NCBI GenBank assembly: GCA_021836035.1
Contig: JAKBJL010000004.1
Coordinates: 131,841 to 195,840, forward strand
Source: a bacterium
GTDB taxonomy: Bacteria > Patescibacteriota > Microgenomatia > JAMCZE01
DNA length: 64,000 nt
Direction: 5' to 3'
Within the stretch, counting starts at the first letter, position 1. The number at the start of each line of letters is the position of its first letter. Positions 50,350-58,652 of this stretch are shown here, piece by piece. Position numbers and translations under genes: made by a program. The notes beneath the pieces are model-generated. The model was given only the letters and a program-made list of their open reading frames with translations. It did no database searches and was not told the origin of the DNA.

Positions 50350-51513
50350 ATGGAACAAACTAGTCCTTTAGCAAACCCAGTAATACCTCCCCAGGCGCCG
50401 CTTAATCCAACGGTCAACTCTTCATCCCCAAACAAACGCGTTTTAATTATTCTATTGGTAATCTTGCTGGTGGCCTTATCTTCCTTAGCTGCCTATCTTT
50501 TTGTTAAATCACAGGCTCCGTCCCAAAAGCCAACAATTGCTACATCTCCATCAGTCCAAGCAACACCTACTCCGGGCCCGGTGGCAGATTGGAAAACCTA
50601 TACAAACTCTTCATTTGGTTTTTCATTCCGATATCCCGCCGACTGGAATGCAGAATGGGACAATCAAGTAACTGTTAAGAACGGGGATGGAAATTACGCG
50701 TTAGTTATTATCCCCTCAAATAATTCAAAGCATTTGTCGCTAAAAGACTACGTCACAACTGCTCCATATACCAGTCTTCACGAGGATCATCGGCTGACAT
50801 TGTCTCAGTTTAATTCAGCTGAAAATATATTTATAAATACAATACCTGCTATAAAAACACAGGAGGTATCAGGAGGAATAGCCGGAACCTCCGAAAATAT
50901 TTATTTAGTAAAAAATAATACCTTCCTTTTTATCAGCTATCCGGCTAAGAATAATTCATACTTTTCTAATTCGGCTCAAAATTATCAGATTGTCCAACAA
51001 ATCCTCTCCACTTTTAAATTTACAGATCAAAATCAGGCAACCAATACCTCAAATTGGAAAACGTATACAAACGTAAGCTCCGGCTTTTCCGTCAACTATC
51101 CATCAGATTATTTTACCTATAAAGACCCACTGGTTGATTTCTCGGTGGCAACGAAGGCACCTCAGGGGGGAAATGGAATCAAAAACTCTGCTCCCAAGGA
51201 TATTTGGCTCGATATACAAGTTAGCAAAAATACAACAAACACTTCGCTGGATGCATATATTACCCAACTAAATGCTTCTTCTTTAAAAAGAATGCCAACG
51301 ACAATTGGTGGTATTGCTGGTGATAAGCTTAGCTATATGATGCAAGTTTTTTGCGCCGGTACGACCTGCACACCGGTGTACCTATATGAAGGATTAGTTT
51401 TACATAACGGCAATATCTACCAAATTAGAATGTCTTCGTTAGACAAATCGTCACTTGATGCAAATAATGCAATGTTTGATCAAATCCTCTCCACTTTTAA
51501 ATTTACGCAGTAA
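50350..51513 (+). CDS. secreted tandem-domain protein of the 'NWKTY...STFKFTQ' family
   Basis: A TM/signal segment and a PT-rich linker precede two repeats. The first contains DWKTYTNSSFGFSFRYPADW and ends QQILSTFKFTDQ; the second contains NWKTYTNVSSGFSVNYPSDY and ends DQILSTFKFTQ. Confidence 0.45.
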   Translation: MEQTSPLANPVIPPQAPLNPTVNSSSPNKRVLIILLVILLVALSSLAAYLFVKSQAPSQKPTIATSPSVQATPTPGPVADWKTYTNSSFGFSFRYPADWNAEWDNQVTVKNGDGNYALVIIPSNNSKHLSLKDYVTTAPYTSLHEDHRLTLSQFNSAENIFINTIPAIKTQEVSGGIAGTSENIYLVKNNTFLFISYPAKNNSYFSNSAQNYQIVQQILSTFKFTDQNQATNTSNWKTYTNVSSGFSVNYPSDYFTYKDPLVDFSVATKAPQGGNGIKNSAPKDIWLDIQVSKNTTNTSLDAYITQLNASSLKRMPTTIGGIAGDKLSYMMQVFCAGTTCTPVYLYEGLVLHNGNIYQIRMSSLDKSSLDANNAMFDQILSTFKFTQ

Positions 51514-51539
51514 TTTAGAGATCTCATTTAACTTCCGCA

Positions 51540-51635
51540 GTCGACTACAAATGTATTCTTTTACCGGCTTAAACCCGCCTTTTGACAGATCATTTAAACC
51601 CTATATAACGAAAAGGCAGGACAGGACGAAGAGAG
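51540..51635 (+). promoter_or_regulatory. repeat element X copy C: TTGACA-N16-TATAAC promoter + CAGGACAGGACGAAG leader upstream of S51 peptidase operon
   Basis: ccggcttaaacccgccTTTTGACAgatcatttaaaccctaTATAACgaaaagGCAGGACAGGACGAAG. Confidence 0.5.
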
Positions 51636-51731
51636 AAAAAGTATTTTCGAGGATCTTCAGTTATAAAGCTTTTGATGGAAAATACTCGAACGTATTACGA
51701 TTGATAAATGTAATTATAGTAAAATGTATCT

Positions 51732-52787
51732 GTGAAGTTATTATTTTTAACCTCTGTCGGATTACCTCCAGAAACCAGAGAATATTTTTTAAAGGAACTT
51801 CCCAAAAAACCCGAGGAAATGAAAGTGGCTTTTATTCCGACAGCCGCTGATCCGGAGGAAAACAAAGGGTTTGTCAGGGCAGCCTACGATGAATTGGTAG
51901 AACTTAAATTTCCCGTTATCCAAGTTGATCTGAAAGAATCAAAAGAGAAAGTCCGAACGAAGTTGGAAAAAGCGGATATTATTTACATTAACGGCGGCAA
52001 TACTTTTTACCTTTTAGATTGGGCTCGAAAAAGCGGCTTGGATACATATCTTCCGAAGCTAATTAATAATGGAAAAGTATATCTTGGAGTTAGTGCCGGC
52101 AGTATTTTAGCGGGACCGGATATTGCCATTTCCGGTTGGGACCCGTCATGGGATAAAAACGATTATGTCTCGGATACAACCGGTTTAAACCTTGTACAGT
52201 TTGCAGTCTCTCCGCATTATACGGAAAAAGAAAGACAGGTGTTGGAAAAAGAAGGAAGAAAAGTAACCTTTCCGGTAATTGCTATAAGTGACGAGCAGGC
52301 GATTCTAGTTAAAGATGGAAGCTGGAAAGTAGTTGGGAAAGGGAAACCGGAATTTTATGGTGCGAAGTTTTCAAATGATGATGATTTTTACCGTCTACTG
52401 GAAAGCTTAACAGATAACGAGTGGAATACTAGAGTTGATGATATGTGGACGGTCAAGAATGTAGTAGCTCATTTAGTCGGCTGGGAAGAAGAACTCTCTA
52501 AATTATTACCTCAGATTTGGAAAAATCAGGAAAAACCATGGTTTACAGAAACTAACAACTGGGATGAGCTTAACGAAAAGAGCACAGATAAGTTTAAAGG
52601 CTTCACTCCTAGACAACTCCTAGACGAATGGTATAAATGGCAAGGAAAATTAATGAAAGAGGCAGAAAAGATTGGAGAAAATAATATGCGATCACGGCCG
52701 GATTTATTTGGTTGGTGGTTTGAAGAGGGAGAAGAAAGTCACTATCAAACGCATTATAAACAAATAAGGAAAGCTTTAAATAAATGA
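51732..52787 (+). CDS. peptidase S51 (PepE/cyanophycinase-like) domain fused to DinB_2/YfiT-like domain
   Basis: The N-terminal half has GGNTFYLL and GVSAGS (Ser nucleophile context). The C-terminal half has WTVKNVVAHLVGWEEE, a DinB-type helical bundle. Confidence 0.5.
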   Translation: MKLLFLTSVGLPPETREYFLKELPKKPEEMKVAFIPTAADPEENKGFVRAAYDELVELKFPVIQVDLKESKEKVRTKLEKADIIYINGGNTFYLLDWARKSGLDTYLPKLINNGKVYLGVSAGSILAGPDIAISGWDPSWDKNDYVSDTTGLNLVQFAVSPHYTEKERQVLEKEGRKVTFPVIAISDEQAILVKDGSWKVVGKGKPEFYGAKFSNDDDFYRLLESLTDNEWNTRVDDMWTVKNVVAHLVGWEEELSKLLPQIWKNQEKPWFTETNNWDELNEKSTDKFKGFTPRQLLDEWYKWQGKLMKEAEKIGENNMRSRPDLFGWWFEEGEESHYQTHYKQIRKALNK

Positions 52788-53161
52788 AGGGCACAAGGAT
52801 TAATCCATTATTAGTTGTAAAAGACATCGAAAAGTCAGTCGATTTTTACGAGAACCTATTGGGTTTTAAGAAGAACACGGTTTTAAAAAATGGCGATAGC
52901 AGTTTGCGGTATGTGGATTTTACCGTTGGCACCTCAGTTTTAATGCTGGTTCCAGAAAGCACCAGAGCAGAAATTCCAGATAAAGGAAACGGGGTAGAGC
53001 TTTACATTGATATTGATGAGGATATTAAAGCTCTTTTTGAATGTTTAAAAAGTAAAGGCATGATCTTTATAAAAGAACTTTACGAAACTCCCTGGCAAAC
53101 CTATCAATTTCATTTTAAAGATCCGGACGGATATGTGTTAATTGTTTCACAACAAGCATGA
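52784..53161 (+). CDS. VOC-family protein (glyoxalase/bleomycin-resistance fold)
   Basis: 125 aa with N-terminal VVKDIEKSVDFYENLLGFKK; 4-nt overlaps with both neighbours. Confidence 0.65.
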   Translation: MKGTRINPLLVVKDIEKSVDFYENLLGFKKNTVLKNGDSSLRYVDFTVGTSVLMLVPESTRAEIPDKGNGVELYIDIDEDIKALFECLKSKGMIFIKELYETPWQTYQFHFKDPDGYVLIVSQQA

Positions 53162-53643
53162 CTTGGAGTAGATATAAAACCAACACTATCGACGAATTTA
53201 CCCTGTCTTTAGAAACCCTTGCTTTAGAAATTGCAAAGATAGCAGAACAAAATAGTAAAAAGTATATGATCGGGGGTGGGTGGGCACTAGAACTTACGCT
53301 GGGTAAAATAACCAGAAACCACCATGATATCGATTTCTTTCCATTAAAAGATGATGTCGTTTGGTGGCGGAATTGGTTTGAAAGCCAAGGCTTAAAAACG
53401 AAAGATGAACAAACTAATGAAGGTTTAATCATTAAGGTCTTAGGTAACAAGAAAGAAACGCTTGTGGATATGGTGCCATCAGATTTGGGCAATGTTATGT
53501 CCGTTATTTACAAAGGCATAAAAATCTTTATCGATGATCCCCAAAAAATCCTGGACGAGAAGCTACGTAATGCTAAAGAAGGAAAGCCATTAAGACGCCA
53601 GGATCTTCACGATATTTCTATAATGGGGAGAAAACTAAAATAG
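53158..53643 (+). CDS. Lnu/ANT(2'')-like nucleotidyltransferase (PF10706-like)
   Basis: 161 aa. MIGGGWALELTLGKITRNHHDIDFF parallels the LnuA/ANT(2'') core GGWGVD.L.GKQ.R.H.DID. Confidence 0.5.
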   Translation: MTWSRYKTNTIDEFTLSLETLALEIAKIAEQNSKKYMIGGGWALELTLGKITRNHHDIDFFPLKDDVVWWRNWFESQGLKTKDEQTNEGLIIKVLGNKKETLVDMVPSDLGNVMSVIYKGIKIFIDDPQKILDEKLRNAKEGKPLRRQDLHDISIMGRKLK

Positions 53644-54297
53644 TTACTCTTTACCTTCCCATTCAGAGATAAACCTACGGGCAAATTCTTCTACAAACTT
53701 GAAGCGTTCCTTTGCATATTTTCTTCCCAGTCTGGTATGAAAGTTTGTGGGCTGCATTTTGGGATGGGAAATCTTGTACAGCAAATAATTGATTGCTGAT
53801 TTATTGTTATCTTCCAGTTTGTTTGAGGGTTTTCCGTCATAAATAGGTCTTCTATACTTTTTTGATTGGAATGAGCTTCCAATAATTCGGGCCACATCAA
53901 TAGCCCCTAAAGCGTCAAGGTAATCCGCATCCTGAAGAATTTTGGCCTCGGTAGTTTCGGGAACCCGGTCCATGCTTTTTCTATGAACCAATATCGCATG
54001 GCAAACTGGTTCGATCTTTTCTTTAGGAAAGTTGATCTTATATAAGATTTCCCGGGCAATATCACTGCCTGCCTTTGCGTGATCTTCGACTTCTCCTCTG
54101 TCTTCTAACCCACGGGCAACATCAAAAAGAAGTGTGGCCGCCTCAAGAATTTCAAGGTCTGCTTCCTCATCCTGGCCAATTTGCTTTGCTAATCTCTCCA
54201 CCCGGAAAACATGGTTAATATCATGGGAGAAGTCGTTATTTAGCTCCTCGTAATATTTACTGGTTAGGTTTAGAATCTTATCCTTGAAATTGCTCAT
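53644..54297 (-). CDS. HD-domain phosphohydrolase
   Basis: HVFRVERLAKQI ... ILVHRKSMDR ... DADYLDALGA (H..HD..D pattern). Confidence 0.6.
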   Translation of the reverse strand: MSNFKDKILNLTSKYYEELNNDFSHDINHVFRVERLAKQIGQDEEADLEILEAATLLFDVARGLEDRGEVEDHAKAGSDIAREILYKINFPKEKIEPVCHAILVHRKSMDRVPETTEAKILQDADYLDALGAIDVARIIGSSFQSKKYRRPIYDGKPSNKLEDNNKSAINYLLYKISHPKMQPTNFHTRLGRKYAKERFKFVEEFARRFISEWEGKE

Positions 54298-54389
54298 ATA
54301 TCAATACTACTTATTCTATATCGATCTGTTATTGGTAACTAGATCTTAATTTCTTGTAATTTTCTTCGTTGGATAATCCAAATAATTCC

Positions 54390-54482
54390 ATACTTTTCTA
54401 ATTCGGCTCAAAATTATCAGATTGTCCAACAAATCCTCTCCACTTTTAAATTTACACAGTAATTTAGCGATCTCATTTAACC
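54390..54482 (+). pseudogene. 3' remnant of a 'STFKFTQ'-family gene (duplicate of parts of 50350..51513)
   Basis: The segment is about 95% identical to 50951..51024 joined to 51507..51530. It encodes ...NSAQNYQIVQQILSTFKFTQ* without an upstream start. Confidence 0.55.
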
Positions 54483-54580
54483 TCCGCAGTCGACTACAAA
54501 TGTATTCTTTTACCGGCTTAAAACCACCTTTTGACAGGTCCTTTAAACCCTATATAACGAAAAGCAGGACAGGACAAAAT
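54483..54580 (+). promoter_or_regulatory. repeat element X copy D (near-identical to copy C)
   Basis: ccggcttaaaaccaccTTTTGACAggtcctttaaaccctaTATAACgaaaagCAGGACAGGACAAAA. Confidence 0.5.
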
Positions 54581-54729
54581 CCACTCGGAACCTGATAAGA
54601 TTTGTAACAGGTTGATATACTAAATTAACCACATTACCACCCTTGCTTCTGGATGCGGCTGAAGTAAATCCAGGAGTAGTCAATTTTTGACAGGGTGGTA
54701 ATTTATTTTTACCAATATCGGTAAAATAT

Positions 54730-54879
54730 AAGGAATTTAACTCGGAACGAGCTGGCAAGATTAGCAAAAATGGACAGAAGCGGGTTAACCGATATCGAAA
54801 GCGGTAAAAATAACATTACACTGCGGACCCTTCTTAAAATTGCCCGCGCTCTTAATGTTAAGGTAAGTGAATTAGTATA
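54730..54879 (+). pseudogene. 5'-truncated XRE/Cro-type HTH regulator
   Basis: The frame NLTRNELARLAKMDRSGLTDIESGKNNITLRTLLKIARALNVKVSELV* is a typical XRE HTH core. It lacks helix 1 and any in-frame start after the upstream stop. Confidence 0.35.
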
Positions 54880-55042
54880 AAGGGAGTTTGATCTATTAAA
54901 ATATCTTGCAAATGGCCGATAAATAGTACTATATTAGCCACATGACCACGATTAGCGATTATCTGTGTGTCAGGAACCAACCGTCATAGGTTGGTTTTTT
55001 TGTTTAAAAATTGAAATTTAAACGGAAAGGGGGTGAAAAAAT

Positions 55043-55609
55043 ATGAAGAAATTATTACTTGGAATTACCTTAACCGTTGTTGGTTTGGTTTTGTTTGCCG
55101 GACAAGCTTATGCAACTGGAAATGTTGTTCATTACGGTCCGATTGCTAGTACATCACCTGATTCTAGTACTTGCGGAAATTACTGGGCAACCGACACATT
55201 CGACCGTGTCTTTACAGTTGACACTGTCCCTAACTTTGATGGTACTTATACTGTTAAAGAAGAGTTCAAAAACGGTACATTTGTTACCATTTCTGGTGCT
55301 AGTCCAGGTGCATGCCAAACTTTACCAGTACCAACTGGCAACGGAAATACTATTGGATCCGGTGTAACAGGAAAAATGCAAGGATCATTTGATATTGTTG
55401 TTACAGGAAATTACGATCCTAAAGCTGAATGCGGGCCGACTACCTGCAATACAACGGCCGGATTTGTCTCCACAATCTTTGGGGGCAGTACCAAATATGT
55501 CAGTGGTGCTACATATTTTATTTTTAATTACAGTACAGACACAAATGGTCATTGGAAGAACGCTTCCGCCAATCGTGGTGGTAATCTTGGAGACATAACA
55601 GGATTTTAA
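55043..55609 (+). CDS. secreted Thr/Gly-rich protein (possible pilus- or surface-associated)
   Basis: A signal peptide MKKLLLGITLTVVGLVLFAGQAYA and several Cys pairs; first gene of the T4SS block. Confidence 0.35.
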   Translation: MKKLLLGITLTVVGLVLFAGQAYATGNVVHYGPIASTSPDSSTCGNYWATDTFDRVFTVDTVPNFDGTYTVKEEFKNGTFVTISGASPGACQTLPVPTGNGNTIGSGVTGKMQGSFDIVVTGNYDPKAECGPTTCNTTAGFVSTIFGGSTKYVSGATYFIFNYSTDTNGHWKNASANRGGNLGDITGF

Positions 55610-55878
55610 CCTTTACTGTTACGACATCTAAAACAACCCATCGGAAACGGTGGGTTGTTTGTTACGATATTAACAATGGCTGGGAAAATCAAAATTCCTC
55701 GATTAAATAAATAATGCTTCGTCTAATTTAATTTAGATTTTCATATCATAATCTTCTCTTGATTTACGGGCTATTTTCCGTTATTATAGCCCCAAATTAT
55801 AAGTTGGTTTGAAATGCTGCCCCTAAAGGTGGCATTTTTTATAGCCATTTTGGGAAAGCTACGAGAGGGGGTGAAACT

Positions 55879-56226
55879 ATGAAAAGAATCACCGCTTTTT
55901 GTGTATTAACTCTGCCCTTCTTGCTTCTTTCAGGAAGTCCCGCCTTCGCCGCCTCCGGAGATGTCACTAAAATCCAAACATTTATCCAAAGCGTTATTCA
56001 AGTCCTGGTTACCCTGGCCGGACTTTTATCGGCCGGATTTTTTGTTTGGGGAGGCGTCGGGTACATAACCAGTTCCGGCAATCCTGAAAGCCTGGATAGA
56101 TCCAAAAAGACCATCTTTTATTCCGCTATCGGTCTGGCAATCGTGCTTGGAGCTTTTGTGCTGTCCAATATCGTCACGCAGCTGGCCGGATCCGCTTTCG
56201 GAACAACAAGTACAACGACGCCTTAA
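55879..56226 (+). CDS. T4SS pilin-like protein (VirB2/TrbC-like)
   Basis: 115 aa with a signal peptide ending AFA and then two hydrophobic helices separated by GGVGYITSSGNPESLDRSKKT, the VirB2-type hairpin topology. Confidence 0.5.
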   Translation: MKRITAFCVLTLPFLLLSGSPAFAASGDVTKIQTFIQSVIQVLVTLAGLLSAGFFVWGGVGYITSSGNPESLDRSKKTIFYSAIGLAIVLGAFVLSNIVTQLAGSAFGTTSTTTP

Positions 56227-56246
56227 AAATTTGGCTGTCTAAATAT

Positions 56247-57548
56247 ATGATGAAAAAGTTAGTCTTTTTCGGCTCACTGTTTAGCCTCTTGCCTGCTGTC
56301 TTCGCCCCTTCTGTTTCGGCCGCAACTACCAGCTCCGAAATTACCCAATATACTAACGACACCTTAAGTATCATTACCGTTATCGCCTCGGCGGCCGCCG
56401 TCTTTTTCCTGATTAAAGGCGGTTATTTATATATCGCTTCAACCGGCAACCCCGAAGTTATTACCGAAGCCAAAAAAACCATAAAAAACGCCATAATCGG
56501 GCTGATACTGGTTTTAGGGGCAAGTTTACTAATTTCCCTTTTTAAAGGCGCCTTAAACTCCTCATCTGCCGCCGGATCTAATCCGGCTATAACTATTTCC
56601 CAAATAGAACCGGCCAAACCAACCGGGGGACTGACCCAGGTGCTTATTGATGCCGTCTCCGGATTTATGCAAAACATCGTGGAATCGGCCACCAGGCCGA
56701 TCGTCGACGGGATCATCGGTTATCTGACCACCACCCCGAGCTTGTTAGGCAATAAGGTCGTCTTTAATTTCTGGCTGGTAATCCTGGGAATCACCGATTC
56801 CCTCTTTGCCGTCATTGTGGCCCTCTTGGGGCTTCATTTCATGAGCGCCTCAACCTTTGGCTATGATGAGATGGAACTATCCAAACTGCTGCCCAAAATC
56901 GGCCTGGCTTTTTTGGGCGCCAATGTTTCCCTCTTTCTTGCCGATTATGTCGTTTTCAGCTGCAACGTTTTAGTTAAGGCGGTTATCGCCGCCACCGGAG
57001 GGCTAAGTAACGCCTGGGTGGTTAACGCCATTAACCTCCCTGCGCTTTCCGCGGGGACGACTCCCCTAATTACCCTGATTTTTTTGATTCTGTTTTTAAT
57101 CATTGCCATAGTTTTGCTTTTTATGTATATCGGCCGGCTGATAGTAATTTCCCTGGGGGCTGTTTTGTCCCCCTTAATCTTTCTGCTCTCCATTATCCCC
57201 AAACTGTCCGATTTTGCCGAGATTGCCGCCAAAAGCTACTTTGTGACGGTATTTATGGTCTTTGTCCATGTGGTGCTAATCCAGCTGGCCTCCTCGTTTC
57301 TAAGCTTGCCTTCCGGTTCCGCTAACTCCCTGGTCTCCATTGCCGTGGCCATCGGCTTATTTCTGACCCTTCTTAAAGCCCCCCAGATTATGATGCAGAT
57401 GGTTTTTTACAATTCGGCCAACCACGTGATGCGCAAAATCGGCCACGAGATAACCAATGTCATCTCCACCGATAACAGCGCGGCGGCTTCCCGGCAAACG
57501 TCTATAAACACGGCCTTCAAGGCCCCCGGAAAGGCGGTTGCGCCATGA
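56247..57548 (+). CDS. VirB6/TrbL-like polytopic membrane protein with N-terminal pilin-like module
   Basis: The N-terminal 100 aa are paralogous to the preceding pilin-like gene (GGYLYIASTGNPEVITEAKKT), followed by at least 6 TM helices. Confidence 0.5.
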   Translation: MMKKLVFFGSLFSLLPAVFAPSVSAATTSSEITQYTNDTLSIITVIASAAAVFFLIKGGYLYIASTGNPEVITEAKKTIKNAIIGLILVLGASLLISLFKGALNSSSAAGSNPAITISQIEPAKPTGGLTQVLIDAVSGFMQNIVESATRPIVDGIIGYLTTTPSLLGNKVVFNFWLVILGITDSLFAVIVALLGLHFMSASTFGYDEMELSKLLPKIGLAFLGANVSLFLADYVVFSCNVLVKAVIAATGGLSNAWVVNAINLPALSAGTTPLITLIFLILFLIIAIVLLFMYIGRLIVISLGAVLSPLIFLLSIIPKLSDFAEIAAKSYFVTVFMVFVHVVLIQLASSFLSLPSGSANSLVSIAVAIGLFLTLLKAPQIMMQMVFYNSANHVMRKIGHEITNVISTDNSAAASRQTSINTAFKAPGKAVAP

Positions 57549-58060
57549 GAACGACCGTTATCCCGGCCCAGATCACGACAGTTGAAGACAAGATCGCGGG
57601 CAACCTGAACTTAACCCAGATTTTAATTCTTCTCATACCCGTATTTTGGACAACCGTCGTTTACGCTTTCTTTGCCCCGGGGGTAAAACTTGTCTGGTAT
57701 AAATTCCCGCTGATTTTGGCGGTGCTTTTTATCTGTTTAGCCCTGGCGATCCGGCTTAAGGGAAAGGTCGCTTTAGAGTGGCTCATGGTTCTTTTAAAGT
57801 ATCGCTTAAGGCCGAAATACTATCTGTTTGACAAAAACAGCCCCTACCTTCGCCCCCGGGACCTGCCGGTATTTGAAAAGAAGCCTGTATTTAACAAACC
57901 AAAAGTCTCAAAAATTGAGGCTCGGCCGCCGGCTGGCGATTTCCCACCGGGAGAAATAATTAAACTGGACAATCTGCTTGTCCAACATAACTACACCTTA
58001 AGTTACAAAGCGGGAAGGAGGGGAGGTATCCGTGTGGCCCTGGAAAAAATTCCGAAATAA
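57545..58060 (+). CDS. VirB3/PrgI-like small membrane protein
   Basis: 171 aa with two adjacent TM helices, located immediately upstream of the VirB4 reading frames. Confidence 0.4.
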   Translation: MRTTVIPAQITTVEDKIAGNLNLTQILILLIPVFWTTVVYAFFAPGVKLVWYKFPLILAVLFICLALAIRLKGKVALEWLMVLLKYRLRPKYYLFDKNSPYLRPRDLPVFEKKPVFNKPKVSKIEARPPAGDFPPGEIIKLDNLLVQHNYTLSYKAGRRGGIRVALEKIPK

Positions 58061-58652
58061 AGCCAGCTCCAGACAACAAATCCAGGTTAAGGAGGTCAAG
58101 GACTCCATCCTGGTCCTGCCCAAGAACCAGTACCGGATAATTCTGGAAACCTCCTCCTTTAACTTTGAGCTCAAAAGCGAGGAGGAACAGGACGTTTTGG
58201 TTGATTCCTTCCAGAATTTCCTCAACTCCCTTCCCTGCCAACTGCAAATTCTTATCCGTATCCGGGATGTGGATATTGACCGCTACCTCGAGCAGATCTC
58301 CCGGACGAAGCATGATGAAAAAGAGCAAGTTTACAAAGAGCAGATAAGCAACTATTGCCTTTTTGTAAAAGGGATCGTCTCGGGCAATAAAATCCTCTCC
58401 CGGCGCTTTTATGTGATTATCCCCTACCGCCACCCCGCAGGGGCAAACGACTTTAACCTTGCCAGGGAGCAGATAAATCTAAACCGCGATATTGTGATAC
58501 GGGGTCTTGAGAAGCTTGGCCTGAAAGCCCGGCAACTGGCCAGCCTGGAAATTCTTGACCTTTTTTACAGTTTCTACAATCCCCACCAGACTAAAACCCA
58601 AAAGCTAAAAGGGCAAACCCTGCAAATGCTTTTGCAAAATAATGATGTTTAA
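58032..58652 (+). CDS. virB4: VirB4/TraE N-terminal domain (separate ORF; gene split by +1 frame change)
   Basis: The N-terminal-domain-like sequence (ILETSSFNFELKSEEEQDVLVDSFQNFLNSL) ends 11 nt inside the start of the ATPase ORF, which is in the +1 frame. Confidence 0.45.
   Translation: MWPWKKFRNKASSRQQIQVKEVKDSILVLPKNQYRIILETSSFNFELKSEEEQDVLVDSFQNFLNSLPCQLQILIRIRDVDIDRYLEQISRTKHDEKEQVYKEQISNYCLFVKGIVSGNKILSRRFYVIIPYRHPAGANDFNLAREQINLNRDIVIRGLEKLGLKARQLASLEILDLFYSFYNPHQTKTQKLKGQTLQMLLQNNDV

Noticed and set aside
44876-54600. Integron-like cassette array (repeat elements as attC sites)
   Set aside because: Considered because unrelated cassettes are each followed by a conserved element. But the repeats resolve into a sigma-70-type promoter plus leader (element X) and a terminator hairpin with a T-run (element Y), not R''-L''/L'-R' attC architecture. 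No intI-like gene is present in the window.
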